Shown one piece after another: positions 8,435 to 18,560 of a stretch of DNA of 64,000 nucleotides. The translations under genes were made by a program, and so were the position numbers. Position 1 is the first letter of the stretch. Each line of letters opens with the position of its first letter. The DNA is taken from IMG/VR virus record IMGVR_UViG_3300045988_123588, one strand, 5' to 3'. This DNA comes from a virus. The notes beneath the pieces were generated by a model. That model was given only the letters and a program-made list of their open reading frames with translations, was not told the DNA's origin and searched no databases.

Positions 8435-10312
8435 ATGCCACAGACTCCAAGAGTAAGGTTCAATTTTAAGAACCTGAATGTACAATCGAGTGTACCTCTG
8501 CTGGGTGTAATCAATGTAGTAGCTCGTACTACTAAGGGCCCGTTTGAGGACCCTCAGGAATTGATTGCAACTCCATCACAGTTCACTCGAATCTTTGGTT
8601 CGGAAATAGTTCCGGACGGTTCGGTATCAAACATCATGAAAGCCCTTGAAATGGGTGCAAAAGTCCGGGTATCCCGAGTAGCTGGAGCTGGGGCTACCTA
8701 TGGTTGGGCAAAGCCTATGTCGGTAACACCAACTGGCCGGGCAGTACCATCTATATCAGTACCAGATGAGTCTTCTGTAATCTCGATAGTAATATCTGAC
8801 CCGAGTGGTGCAGAGAATAGCCTGGCAATGCACATGGCTATACGTACCAAAGAAGCAGGCTCACCAGTACTGGATGATACGGGAGTAAATCTTAATCGTC
8901 CTTTCTATCTGAAACTGAATATGTCTACGGAACCAACTCTCCGTGCAAGCATCATTCAGTATGGAGCAAGGGATGAAGCTTCCAATGTACCCACGTATGA
9001 CAGCATACTCAATGAAATGCTGTTTTTCTCGGCTGTATCAGCAAACACTACTGAGGGAGTAACTAACCCCTCTATCAACGTGAACACTCTTCAGAACTTC
9101 CTGGACAATGCTCCTAACATTACCTTCGAAGCTATACAGGGTAAAGAGGGAGATGGTCAGGGTACTATGAAGAGCCTGGCAACGGGTATACAGACCATGG
9201 AAGATATCATATCTATCCTTCATCAGTTCTCTAATTGGAACTCGATGATTGCTATAGGTAAGATTACTTCCGGAACTGTAGATGCCGAAGAACCCAGCGA
9301 TTCCAATGTATACATGGAATGCTCCGAGGGTAGTGCAGGTACAACTCCAACGGCGGACGAGTGGCTATCGGCTTATCAGGCCAGCAAAGCTTACTACGAA
9401 GCATACTCGGTAATACTCTCTCACATTCATCAGCACTTGCCAACGGATTATACAAAAGTATACATCTCAGTAGCAGCCGATGTGCATAACACATTCGAGA
9501 ACATGCTGTATGTGGAAGTACCCAAGTATGCTCCCGATACCCGTATTCCGGCAACTCCAGAAGAGACCCTTTCGGCACTGAAGAGTCTGGTACAGACCAT
9601 AGGTGCAAAGAAAGAAGTAGCATATTTCGGCGGTGGTATCAAATACTACAACGAAAACGGTTCTCTCCAGAAATGTGATGTGCTCGGGTCTGTAATCGGA
9701 CTCGATGCTATCTGTGCTTCTACCTACGGACCCTGGTATTCATTCTCCGGCATGAATCGCGGTGTAATTACTTCAGCACTCGGTCCGGTGATGAAGAATC
9801 TGGGTGGACCAGCTGAAGTAGACACTCTCAACCAGTTTGCTCAGTGGTACATGAACCTGTTCGTAATCAAGAACACTCGTACTCAGGGTCAGCGTACTAT
9901 GCTATGGCATGGTTTCACTTCGAACCCCATAGACGATTCAGAGAAATTCATCTCCATAGTTCGTCTCAATCTCTATCTGAAGAAAAACCTCCGGCCGATT
10001 CTGGAGAGCTACATCGAAGAGCCAAATACCTTCGAGACGTGGAAACTCATTTACCACGAAGCAAAAGAAATTCTGGATGACCTGCAGACCCGTAATGCCA
10101 TCACTTCCTATGAATGGATAGGTGACCAGGATGCTCAGAGTTACGAAGAGCTTCAGATAAACAATGAGGCCGACGTTCGACAGGGTAAATATCGGGCTCA
10201 GCTGAAGTACAAGGAGGTTGTTCCAATGCAGGATATCGAAATGGATGTTATCATCGACATTGCCATAAACAAGAGCACTGGTGAAGTATCCATCTCTGCC
10301 CAGAATAACTAA
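8435..10312 (+). CDS. Contractile tail sheath protein
   Basis: 625 aa, lying directly upstream of a 155-aa tube-sized gene. The C-terminal segment GSVIGLDAICASTYGPWYSFSGMNRGVI resembles the conserved sheath motif (vaG..a..d...g.w.apag). Codon usage is G/C3-rich. Confidence 0.75.
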   Translation: MPQTPRVRFNFKNLNVQSSVPLLGVINVVARTTKGPFEDPQELIATPSQFTRIFGSEIVPDGSVSNIMKALEMGAKVRVSRVAGAGATYGWAKPMSVTPTGRAVPSISVPDESSVISIVISDPSGAENSLAMHMAIRTKEAGSPVLDDTGVNLNRPFYLKLNMSTEPTLRASIIQYGARDEASNVPTYDSILNEMLFFSAVSANTTEGVTNPSINVNTLQNFLDNAPNITFEAIQGKEGDGQGTMKSLATGIQTMEDIISILHQFSNWNSMIAIGKITSGTVDAEEPSDSNVYMECSEGSAGTTPTADEWLSAYQASKAYYEAYSVILSHIHQHLPTDYTKVYISVAADVHNTFENMLYVEVPKYAPDTRIPATPEETLSALKSLVQTIGAKKEVAYFGGGIKYYNENGSLQKCDVLGSVIGLDAICASTYGPWYSFSGMNRGVITSALGPVMKNLGGPAEVDTLNQFAQWYMNLFVIKNTRTQGQRTMLWHGFTSNPIDDSEKFISIVRLNLYLKKNLRPILESYIEEPNTFETWKLIYHEAKEILDDLQTRNAITSYEWIGDQDAQSYEELQINNEADVRQGKYRAQLKYKEVVPMQDIEMDVIIDIAINKSTGEVSISAQNN

Positions 10313-10333
10313 CAAATAAATCCGATAAATACT

Positions 10334-10801
10334 ATGGCAGGAGCTAAAGTAAAAAACCCGAGGAAGAAGTTTTTATGGCAAATAATATTTGTCAAGCATC
10401 CCATCAACCCACTCCTCTTTCAGAAGGTAACTATACCTGAGATAAGCATAGAACAGGTTGCACATGGGGATGTAAACTACGACGTAAAGACCGGTGGCAG
10501 GGTATCAGTTGGTAACTTAACTGCATCTAAGCTGGAGACAACTTCTGGCTCAGATACCTGGTTATGGGACTGGCTGATGTCAGTACAGGATATGCTGCTC
10601 GGGGGAGGTTTAACCCCAAGTCAGTACAAGGAAACCGTACTCATCAATGAGCTGGCCGAGGATGGAGTATCTATCCTTAATTCCTGGACTTGCACCGGAG
10701 TATGGCCTTGCAAGGTAAACGGACAGGACTTAGACCGAATGAGTTCGGACAACACTCTGGAGGATTTGGAGTTCTCAGTAGACACCTGCGAGAAGCTGTA
10801 A
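10334..10801 (+). CDS. Tail tube protein
   Basis: 155 aa with an ATGGCA start, immediately after the sheath gene and followed by a strong terminator. Confidence 0.65.
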   Translation: MAGAKVKNPRKKFLWQIIFVKHPINPLLFQKVTIPEISIEQVAHGDVNYDVKTGGRVSVGNLTASKLETTSGSDTWLWDWLMSVQDMLLGGGLTPSQYKETVLINELAEDGVSILNSWTCTGVWPCKVNGQDLDRMSSDNTLEDLEFSVDTCEKL

Positions 10802-10815
10802 TAGTGAATCACCAA

Positions 10816-10846
10816 GGGAGAGCTCAGCAATGAACTCTCCCTTTTT
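10816..10846 (+). terminator. Intrinsic terminator after the tube gene
   Basis: Stem gggagag/ctctccc closes a 12-nt loop and is followed by ttttt. Confidence 0.75.
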
Positions 10847-10894
10847 CGTTATCTAAGACTATATTCAGAAGAATACACTTAACAACTCAACAAC

Positions 10895-11683
10895 ATGGAA
10901 GACCAAACACTTTATGGTAAGAAACTTACCTTCAAACTCCCCAGTGGTTACGAGGTAACTATAAGGGAACAGAATGGAGAGGATGATGATATCCTTTCTA
11001 ATCCGGTAGATGCCAAAACCTTTATGAACATATCAAAGTTCATTGCAGGCATTGTAACCGATACCGATATAACAGCAACTCGATTGCTTACTCCCGATGA
11101 TGTGCAGAAAATGCCTTCACTCGATAGGTATGCCATCATGGTAAATTCCAGGGTGTTCTCTCTCGGGGAAATACTTGACTTCAGGTATACTTGGGATGGT
11201 CCCGCAGAAGGTCAGGTTCGGGAGGTGGATTACGAAATAGACCTTCGTGAAGAGTTCCTTTTCGACTACGGTGTAGTTCCAACTATGGAACAGATGGAAG
11301 CAAAACCCCATGCTATCCCATTCTACCCGGTACCTAAACAAAGCTCGGGAATACAATTCACTACTAAAAGTGGGAAAGAGATGTGCTTCGACCTTCTCAA
11401 TGCTCAAGGGGAAGCATATGTCTTAAATCTACCCGCCAGTGAACGTACCAAAAATCAGGAATTAGTTGCTCGTAACCTCAAACTGAAAGTTGGTGACAAC
11501 TATGAACCTGTAAAGAACTTCAGGATGTTCAGCCCAAAAGATATGATGGACATAAGGTCTGCTATCAAAGGGCTTGACCCCATATTCCACGGTAATACTC
11601 AAATCGAAGACCCTGAAACGGGACAGAAGATTATGGTACCGGTGATGGCGGTAGATAATTTTTTCTACCCACGGGAGAACTAG
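10895..11683 (+). CDS. Tail assembly chaperone, short (G-like) form
   Basis: 262 aa, lying between the tube and tape-measure genes. A slippery heptamer sits near its 3' end (see next feature). Confidence 0.6.
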   Translation: MEDQTLYGKKLTFKLPSGYEVTIREQNGEDDDILSNPVDAKTFMNISKFIAGIVTDTDITATRLLTPDDVQKMPSLDRYAIMVNSRVFSLGEILDFRYTWDGPAEGQVREVDYEIDLREEFLFDYGVVPTMEQMEAKPHAIPFYPVPKQSSGIQFTTKSGKEMCFDLLNAQGEAYVLNLPASERTKNQELVARNLKLKVGDNYEPVKNFRMFSPKDMMDIRSAIKGLDPIFHGNTQIEDPETGQKIMVPVMAVDNFFYPREN

Positions 11684-11832
11684 AAGATGTATATCTATAC
11701 ATTGTTAAAGCTAATATTAGTATTGACTTTAACACTCTAGCAAAGCTCCCCTGGCGGCGAAGGAAGAAATTTATAGAAGCCGCCGAAGCATATTACGATG
11801 CACTTAAGAAAGAGCTGCCCCAAGGAAAGTAG
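11659..11832 (+). CDS. -1 frameshift extension giving the long (GT-like) chaperone form
   Basis: T_TTT_TTC at 11659-11665 is in the correct zero-frame phase. The -1 frame is closed by TAA at 11656-11658 and opens exactly at the heptamer. It then runs 55 codons (LPTGELEDVYLY...AYYDALKKELPQGK*) to TAG at 11830-11832. Confidence 0.6.
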   Translation, partial: FFLPTGELEDVYLYIVKANISIDFNTLAKLPWRRRKKFIEAAEAYYDALKKELPQGK

Positions 11833-11850
11833 GGCAGCTCTCTTTTGTTC
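11812..11850 (+). terminator. Hairpin plus T tract between the chaperone and the tape measure
   Basis: gagctgccc (11812-11820) pairs with gggcagctc (11832-11840) around an 11-nt loop, followed by tcttttgttc. Confidence 0.65.
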
Positions 11851-11867
11851 GATAAATCTGAAACTAT

Positions 11868-13958
11868 ATGGCTTTTACAAGTGGTAGTCCTTCTGCAGGA
11901 CAACTCGAGATAGGTGTGGCTCTTGTCCTTCAAGATAGGTTTTCAAACCAAGCAAGGGAAGCTAGCTCAGTTATCAGAGGTTTACATAGGGATGCTAAAA
12001 ATGCCGTACAGGCTAACTTAACTGCAGTTCAGTCGTACGCTAACATGGCAAGTGGGGTGGCCAACTCGATAGTATCGACATTAACCACTACCATTCAAAC
12101 TGGAGCTGACTTCATCGATATGATGACTTCAGTAGGAGCTATCTCTGGAGCTACCGAAAATCAGATGTATGGGTTATCTGAAACTGCTCAGACATTAGGT
12201 TTAAGGACCATGTTCATGTCGAGGGATATAGCTTCAGGTATGAAATATTTGGCAATGGCCGGTAATGATGCAAATCAGATTCAGCAAATGATATCTGGTG
12301 CTGCTATGATGGCCAATGCCACAGGCATGGAATTGGGAGGTAAAGGTGGTACTGCTGACTTACTGACCAATATTATGAGGACCTTCAAACTTGAGGGTCA
12401 ACAGGCTGCAAATATTGTTGGTGACCAGCTTACTAAAGCTACCATGTCATCCAACGTATCAATGGCCGACTTAGCTGAGTCTATCAAATACTCAGCTGCA
12501 TCCATGGTAACTCTGAAACAACAGTTACCACAAGTAGCTGCTATGATTGGTACTCTGGGTAATGCAGGTATTCAGGGTTCTATGGCAGGTACTTCTATCC
12601 GAAACATGGCTGACTACCTGACTCAGTCATTGACCAATCCTAATTTCAAGGGAGCTAAGGCCTTAGCTAAGTTAGGACTGGGAAAACAGGATTTTGTAGA
12701 TGCTAACGGAGACCTTCAGGATTTTGCAGTAATTCTGGAGAAGATTGGTGAAGCTACTCAAGGTTTATCAACTATAGACCAGAATGCCGTATTCAAGAGT
12801 ATCTTCGGTGTACGTGGTATGCGTGCTGCAGTTGCAATCATGCGTGATACTGAAGGTTACTTTGACCTGTTAAATAAGATACAAAACAATTCTGCGGGAT
12901 TTGCTGAAGAGGTAGTAGGAAAGCGAATGGAAACTCTTGCCGGTAAGATTGATATAGTTCAGTCTGCTGCTGAGAACCTTATGACTACTTTCAGTGAAGC
13001 CCTCGGTAAGAATCCTATTATAATGGGATTCCTCGATATGGTTGGTTGGGCAATATCCCAGCTTCGTGACCTAATGGCAACTCCATTTGGTCCATGGATA
13101 GCTGGATTTGCTGCTATAGCCGCAGTGGGGTTAAAAATAGGCTCTATATGGATGGGGCTGAGAGCACGTTGGTTATTATTAAACGGTGACTCTCAAGTTT
13201 CATTCAGAACCATGATAAGGTTAATGATGGGCGGATGGTCTCAGGCCACTATGTCTGCTCAAGGTTACTTAAACATGGAGAGAGCTATCATTGCTCAGAG
13301 AAAAGCCGGTATAGGGGCAAGTGCTTCTACGGTTGCTGGTATGGCTGGGTTACCTGGTTATTTCTATAACGGTAATGTTGCAGCAAAGATGGGAGCTAAT
13401 GGCAGATACTATGCTCAAACCGGTAGAGGAGCTTCTGGATGGACTCCAGTGCCAGCTGCAATGGTAACTACTACCAATGCTGGTAATATGACTCGAGGTT
13501 TAATGGGTACTGCTGCTGGAGCAGCCGCCGGAGCTGCATCTCGTGGAGCCTTGGCTTCTGTAGGTAGAGGTATATTGGGATTCGGTTCCCGATTACTCGG
13601 ATTATTCGGAGGTCCACTTGGATTAGCCATTACTGGTATATCCATATTCGGACCCATGATATACAGTGCTATCAAGGGTAATAAATCCTCTCAAGACGAA
13701 AACACAAGAGCTACTAATGACTTAGCATCTGCCATCAAAGCTAGCCGAGAAGGTTATAAACAGAAAGATAATCTACAAGCATTAACTCTCCAAGAGATAA
13801 GGTGGTTGGTACAGATGTTAGGAGTATATACTGATAAGCTTAATAATCAGGGTAATAGAGGAACTCACTTGACTATCAATATGGATGGTAAGAAGTTCCT
13901 GGAAGAGTACCTTGGTGAAAGAGATTCAGAGATAAACGTAGCTGCTGGAGTAAACTAA
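11868..13958 (+). CDS. Tail tape measure protein
   Basis: 696 aa. The core resembles the TP901/PhageMin_Tail type (MFMSRDIASGMKYLAMAGNDANQIQQMISGAAMMANATGMELGG). There are Gly/Ala-rich TM-like segments near the C terminus, and the gene lies after the chaperone. Confidence 0.85.
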   Translation: MAFTSGSPSAGQLEIGVALVLQDRFSNQAREASSVIRGLHRDAKNAVQANLTAVQSYANMASGVANSIVSTLTTTIQTGADFIDMMTSVGAISGATENQMYGLSETAQTLGLRTMFMSRDIASGMKYLAMAGNDANQIQQMISGAAMMANATGMELGGKGGTADLLTNIMRTFKLEGQQAANIVGDQLTKATMSSNVSMADLAESIKYSAASMVTLKQQLPQVAAMIGTLGNAGIQGSMAGTSIRNMADYLTQSLTNPNFKGAKALAKLGLGKQDFVDANGDLQDFAVILEKIGEATQGLSTIDQNAVFKSIFGVRGMRAAVAIMRDTEGYFDLLNKIQNNSAGFAEEVVGKRMETLAGKIDIVQSAAENLMTTFSEALGKNPIIMGFLDMVGWAISQLRDLMATPFGPWIAGFAAIAAVGLKIGSIWMGLRARWLLLNGDSQVSFRTMIRLMMGGWSQATMSAQGYLNMERAIIAQRKAGIGASASTVAGMAGLPGYFYNGNVAAKMGANGRYYAQTGRGASGWTPVPAAMVTTTNAGNMTRGLMGTAAGAAAGAASRGALASVGRGILGFGSRLLGLFGGPLGLAITGISIFGPMIYSAIKGNKSSQDENTRATNDLASAIKASREGYKQKDNLQALTLQEIRWLVQMLGVYTDKLNNQGNRGTHLTINMDGKKFLEEYLGERDSEINVAAGVN

Positions 13959-13964
13959 TAAATC

Positions 13965-14954
13965 ATGGCATCACTCATAGGAAAACCATTAGGAAAAGTA
14001 GCTCAAGAAGTAGCTGACCTTGAGCAGGGGAGAATATTCCAATCCCCTCTAAATAAAGTATGGAGAGCCCTGATACTCATAAACAGGGCTACTTCTCCAA
14101 TGGCTAAGGCAGAGCCTCATAAAATTGGTAAAGCCTATGACGCAAAGAATCTACATGTAGCCCGAAAAGGCTCATTCTCTTTAGCCCAGGCTCAGGACCC
14201 ATGGACTCAAAATCGTATAGCTGCTGAAACAGCTGGAGTTTCTCCTGAACAGATTCTTAAGGCTAAGTCTATAGATTATACTGTAGCTAACAAGTTGACT
14301 TCTGAACTGATAAAGAATGACATTGTTATCGCTAACCTGAATGTATCACCAGCTGTAAGTTTAGTGATTCAAAACAGGCCTGACAGATTACGAGTAGAAC
14401 CTACTGCTACTTGGGCTTCAGTTAAATCCATGGGACGTAATAACCCCTTTTATTTCTACACTGGAGGAGAAGATACAATAACCTTCGACATCTCTTGGTA
14501 TTCAATAGATGCTGAACACAGAGATGATGTGGTGAATAAATGTAGACTGCTTGAGTCTTGGGCAAGAGCTGATGGTTATTCTGCATCACCACCTACCCTA
14601 AGAATTCAGTGGGGTAACTCTGGATTATTCGAAGACGACCTTTTCATACTGGCTTCAGCTCCATACGAATTAACTCATTTCCAAAATGCAGCTCGTATGA
14701 GGAGAAGGTATGATAATGACCCAGATACTGGTCAGAGGATTGTAAGTACTGTAAGTCAACCATTTGACCTTAAGCTACTACCCAACTGTGCAACCCAAAC
14801 ACTCACCTTCAAAAGGGTAACTAAAAACAACCGAACTTGGGAAGAAATAATCCCTGCTAGTAAGTTGCAGTATACGCCTGGAGTAATATATGATGGTGGG
14901 GAAGTAAATTCTCTAGAAAACTCTGATACAGAGAGAATAGGCACACAAAATTAA
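13965..14954 (+). CDS. Post-tape-measure tail protein (tube-initiator / CIS-tube-like candidate)
   Basis: 329 aa. NNPFYFYTGGEDTITFDISW...PPTLRIQWGNSGLFEDDLFIL resembles the tube-fold proteins that precede LysM and hub genes in contractile systems. Confidence 0.4.
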   Translation: MASLIGKPLGKVAQEVADLEQGRIFQSPLNKVWRALILINRATSPMAKAEPHKIGKAYDAKNLHVARKGSFSLAQAQDPWTQNRIAAETAGVSPEQILKAKSIDYTVANKLTSELIKNDIVIANLNVSPAVSLVIQNRPDRLRVEPTATWASVKSMGRNNPFYFYTGGEDTITFDISWYSIDAEHRDDVVNKCRLLESWARADGYSASPPTLRIQWGNSGLFEDDLFILASAPYELTHFQNAARMRRRYDNDPDTGQRIVSTVSQPFDLKLLPNCATQTLTFKRVTKNNRTWEEIIPASKLQYTPGVIYDGGEVNSLENSDTERIGTQN

Positions 14955-14960
14955 ATAATT

Positions 14961-15233
14961 ATGGTTACTATCCCAGGAACAAGTCCCTATGGGGACAGTT
15001 ATGTAATAAAGTTCCCAGACGGGGATGTATCTTTGGAAAGGAATATATCTGCAATATCTTCAGACCATATAGTCCATTCAGTACTGGAAGGAGAAACAAT
15101 CCAAAACATTGCCTTCAAATACTATGGAGATTCTGGGATGTGGGGAGTAATTGCAGATGCAAACGATATTCTCAATCCTTTCGAGGATGTTCATGAGGAT
15201 ATGGAGTTAATCATACCGAATTATGGAGGATAG
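14961..15233 (+). CDS. LysM-domain tail protein (P2 gpX-like)
   Basis: 90 aa. HSVLEGETIQNIAFKYYGDSGMWGVIADANDILNPFEDVHEDMELIIP fits the LysM / tail-X pattern. Confidence 0.7.
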   Translation: MVTIPGTSPYGDSYVIKFPDGDVSLERNISAISSDHIVHSVLEGETIQNIAFKYYGDSGMWGVIADANDILNPFEDVHEDMELIIPNYGG

Positions 15234-15777
15234 TAAACCTATTCTCGTAAATGGTAATGGTACTCCATACCTTGCCATATTCGATGGAGCTGGCTCTCCT
15301 ATTATGGACGAGTTCAATGGCATTCCAATCGGTATGGAAGTCGAGAACTTCAACTATAAGTACACAGAAGGTAAAGGAGACAAAGGTAAGTTTACTATAG
15401 TAACTGACTTTGTAGGAATAGTGGACCATCCCTCTTTACAATTCAAGATGCCTTTGAAGATACAGTGGGGATGGATATTCAGTGACGGCTCTTTCAAATC
15501 TGGTCCTGTAAGATTGGTCAACATAAAGAGTCATCAGATAGAGTTTACACCAGAGGGAGTAAAGTTTACCATAGAATTTGCTGATGCAAAGATGTTCTTA
15601 GAAGCCGAACCTTCAAAATTTGTGGGTAATAAAACCGAGTACTTGGAGGTATTCAAGGAATTAGCCTTGGGTAAGATGCCTTTAATTGTAACGGATTACT
15701 CTCAGAAAGCTGGTACAGCTCTGGTAATAACCGATAATCAACCATGTGATGGCAAAACAGAGCAAAGAGAAAAGTAA
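15223..15777 (+). CDS. Baseplate hub protein, N-terminal gpD/Mu gp44-like part
   Basis: 184 aa, lying after the LysM gene. It overlaps the next gene by 29 nt. Confidence 0.4.
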   Translation: MEDSKPILVNGNGTPYLAIFDGAGSPIMDEFNGIPIGMEVENFNYKYTEGKGDKGKFTIVTDFVGIVDHPSLQFKMPLKIQWGWIFSDGSFKSGPVRLVNIKSHQIEFTPEGVKFTIEFADAKMFLEAEPSKFVGNKTEYLEVFKELALGKMPLIVTDYSQKAGTALVITDNQPCDGKTEQREK

Positions 15778-17392
15778 GCCTTGCTTACCTTGTTACACAA
15801 AAATACAAAACTCTGAGGAGATAGACGATGGGTTAGTAGGAGTAAAGATACTTGAATTGACTCCAGAGAACCTTTCTAAACCTGCTCAGGACTCTGATAG
15901 GTATAAGTTACAGATGATACCAGCTACTTTTGCAGAAGGTACTGCAATAGTTGGCTCAGCTACATTCTTAAACAAATACTCTCAGTTAGTTGGTATAGCT
16001 AAGGCTATGTCAGGGGGTCCAAACTTTGTAGATACTCGTGATAACAAGATAGAGATACACAATGGAAAGCAGTCCGGTAAAACCGTATTTGCATATACTT
16101 ATGCTGGTGGAACTGGAGAATTGCTAGAGTTCAGGGTTCAAACTAAATACGTACAAAGTATAGAAGCTGGTAAAGCTTCAAGTATAGACCCTGATACTAA
16201 AACTGTGGAAACAGAGGTAGTTCAATGTATACCTACCAATGATGACCCATGTAAGCCAGATGCCTATGTAAGAAGGAATAAGCCTGAGATACTTATGGAG
16301 CCAAGAGATGTTACTCGAATGGCAAAGTTTGAAAGGGCTATAGTACCAAGTACCTCTACGTGTCGTCAGGTAAATAACCCATCTAAAAAACCTCCTGTAT
16401 ATAGTTCTATAACGGATGCGAAACAGAAGATAGCTTCAAACCCATCTCTAACTGAAGCTGAAGTTAAAGCTTACAACTCTCAAATAGAGGCCGAGTGGAA
16501 AAAGTATCAAGATGGACTTAAGGAGTTTGAAGATGCAATACGTTCGGGTAAAACTGATGTAAGTCTTCCACAACCTCCAGATGAAGTATCTAACTTTGTT
16601 ATTCGGAGAAAAGTACTGGTAAAACTGAATCCCATAGATTATGCCCCTAACAGTAGTACAGCTTATTGGCAAAATAGGTGGAGACAAGGTTATAATGCTT
16701 TGAAAAAGAGAACTGACGTAAGCCTTGTTATTCAGAATCCCTCTCAAGAGAAACCATACGGAGACTATCCATATGACCATCCCGGTTCAGATCGTTCCAA
16801 GGTATTGGCCGAAATGGAAGTAGAGATACAAGTGCCCGGTGTACGAGTAGTAGCTGACCCTTTATTCATGACCATGGGAAGCTTTATGTCTAATGATATC
16901 ATCGAATCGGTGAATAGTCAAATAAAGGCAAAAGCTAAGTTTGTAGGTAACCCTAACATGAAGTCTTCTCAAATCATCGAGATAAAGAATGTTGGTAAAA
17001 AATACTCTGACGAATGGTATGCCAAAGAGGTTGAACATAGCTTTGATACTGGGGGATATTTTACTGAAGTTACTTTCGAGAAGAAGTCACGTAATGCTAT
17101 ATTAAACCGTATATCTACTTCGGTAAACACTCAGGAAGTATTCCAAAAGGCTCACGACATAGCCGAGGAATCTTATACAACAGGTGCTTGGAAAATACCA
17201 AGTAAGATTAAGTCTGAGGTAGCTAGATATCGAGCTTCAACTTGGAAAGAGGAAGACAAAGAGAATCCTCAAAGAGCTGGTCGTCAAATTGTGGTACGTC
17301 AGAATCCAGATAACCCCGCTGATTACAAGGTAGAGGTAGATTCAAGGACTGACTTTCAGGTTGGTAGGAACATAAGTCCAAGAGAACAATGA
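15749..17392 (+). CDS. Baseplate hub protein (gpD/gp27-like), large part
   Basis: I moved the start to ATGGCA at 15749 because the track start at 15746 is GTG. The C-terminal segment IEIKNVGKKYSDEWYAKEVEHSFDTGGYFTEVTFEKK resembles the gpD C terminus. Confidence 0.45.
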   Translation: MAKQSKEKSKPCLPCYTKIQNSEEIDDGLVGVKILELTPENLSKPAQDSDRYKLQMIPATFAEGTAIVGSATFLNKYSQLVGIAKAMSGGPNFVDTRDNKIEIHNGKQSGKTVFAYTYAGGTGELLEFRVQTKYVQSIEAGKASSIDPDTKTVETEVVQCIPTNDDPCKPDAYVRRNKPEILMEPRDVTRMAKFERAIVPSTSTCRQVNNPSKKPPVYSSITDAKQKIASNPSLTEAEVKAYNSQIEAEWKKYQDGLKEFEDAIRSGKTDVSLPQPPDEVSNFVIRRKVLVKLNPIDYAPNSSTAYWQNRWRQGYNALKKRTDVSLVIQNPSQEKPYGDYPYDHPGSDRSKVLAEMEVEIQVPGVRVVADPLFMTMGSFMSNDIIESVNSQIKAKAKFVGNPNMKSSQIIEIKNVGKKYSDEWYAKEVEHSFDTGGYFTEVTFEKKSRNAILNRISTSVNTQEVFQKAHDIAEESYTTGAWKIPSKIKSEVARYRASTWKEEDKENPQRAGRQIVVRQNPDNPADYKVEVDSRTDFQVGRNISPREQ

Positions 17393-18084
17393 CCTTATAT
17401 GAACTGATTCAACAGAGGGGTATAGAGGCTATTGGAAGGTTTTACTCTACTTACAGAGGTATAGTAATAACCTCAAATGACCCAGACTCTCAAAACAAGG
17501 TATGTGTACACCTTCCAAGTATCTTAAGAGGTGTAGAAGTATGGGCTTACCCAAAACACCAACAGGGAGGCCCAGGTTCTGGATTCAAATGGTTGTCTCC
17601 CCGTGAGGGTTCTATAGTATACGTAGAATTTGAAAACGGAGACCCAAGACACCCTCTCTGGTCTTATCATGGATGGGCAATCGGAGAAATGCCCCCAGAA
17701 TTGGATAAGCCTAATGTATTGGGATTTATTACTCCTAAGGGTAATAAGATTATACTGGATGAAAGTGAATCGGGAATATTAACTGCAATAATCCAACAAG
17801 ATATAATTGTTAAGTCTCTAGACGGTAATATAAACGTCGATGCGAATAACATTATAATGCAAGGGGGAGAAGTTGGTATTCCTGAATCCAATTCAGTAGT
17901 GGAAAGATTAAACAAAATCGAGCAAGACCTAAATAAAATAAAGCAGACATTCACTAATTGGACACCTAAACCTCAAGACGGGGGTGCTGCTTTGAAAACT
18001 GCTGCTGCATCTTGGGCTGGTTCTAAACTGGAAGAGACTAAGGTGGAGGATATTGAAAGTGAAACAATTAAACAACCTAACTAA
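17389..18084 (+). CDS. Baseplate spike / assembly protein V (gp5 OB-fold) like
   Basis: VCVHLPSILRGVEVWAYPKHQQGGPGSGFKWLSPREGSIVYVEFENGDPRHPLW fits the Phage_base_V signature. Confidence 0.7.
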   Translation: MTLYELIQQRGIEAIGRFYSTYRGIVITSNDPDSQNKVCVHLPSILRGVEVWAYPKHQQGGPGSGFKWLSPREGSIVYVEFENGDPRHPLWSYHGWAIGEMPPELDKPNVLGFITPKGNKIILDESESGILTAIIQQDIIVKSLDGNINVDANNIIMQGGEVGIPESNSVVERLNKIEQDLNKIKQTFTNWTPKPQDGGAALKTAAASWAGSKLEETKVEDIESETIKQPN

Positions 18085-18560
18085 TGGCAAACTATAATCA
18101 ACTCAACACTATTGGTAGTGGTGCCTATTTCCCTATAAAGCTTGAACAAGCAGTCGGGAGCGATGGGAAACCAGAATCAATACAGCTGCCAGACGGAAGA
18201 GTAGTACCAAAGATAGGATGGTATATACTCCGAGGAGATGTTGCTTTAATAAAGCAGAACCTCACAGCTATCCTAACCTATCAAATAGGCCAAAGGTTCA
18301 GACAAGAGGACTTTGGTTCTCGAACTTGGGAATGTTTGGAAGAACCTAATACAAGTGCTCTCAACCTCATGATTAAAAATTTCGTGAAGGATGGCATAGC
18401 AGCCTGGGAACCAAGGATAACGGCATTAAAGGTATTTGCTCTGAAACCCACTAAGGAATCTATAAGACTCCTGATATATTTCAAGGTGCAGAACTCTCAG
18501 AGGGTAGAAGAGTTAAACTTCCAGTATAACTTAAATAATTCCACAACAAATGTCTACTAG
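18084..18560 (+). CDS. Baseplate wedge protein, gp25/GPW-like
   Basis: IGQRFRQEDFGSRTWECLEEPNTSALNLMIKNFVKDGIAAWEPRI fits the GPW_gp25 pattern. Confidence 0.75.
   Translation: MANYNQLNTIGSGAYFPIKLEQAVGSDGKPESIQLPDGRVVPKIGWYILRGDVALIKQNLTAILTYQIGQRFRQEDFGSRTWECLEEPNTSALNLMIKNFVKDGIAAWEPRITALKVFALKPTKESIRLLIYFKVQNSQRVEELNFQYNLNNSTTNVY

Noticed and set aside
11687-11702. AT-rich palindrome atgtatatctatacat as a frameshift stimulator
   Set aside because: It lies 21 nt downstream of the heptamer, further than the usual spacing. It is a weak 7-bp A/T stem with a 2-nt loop, so it is not convincing as a stimulatory structure.
15223-17392. Hub gene split by a frameshift mutation or pseudogenisation
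   Set aside because: The second ORF has its own ATGGCA start at 15749, in the typical context and with a 29-nt overlap. I saw no slippery sequence in the overlap. I treat them as two genes, though a fused ancestor is possible.
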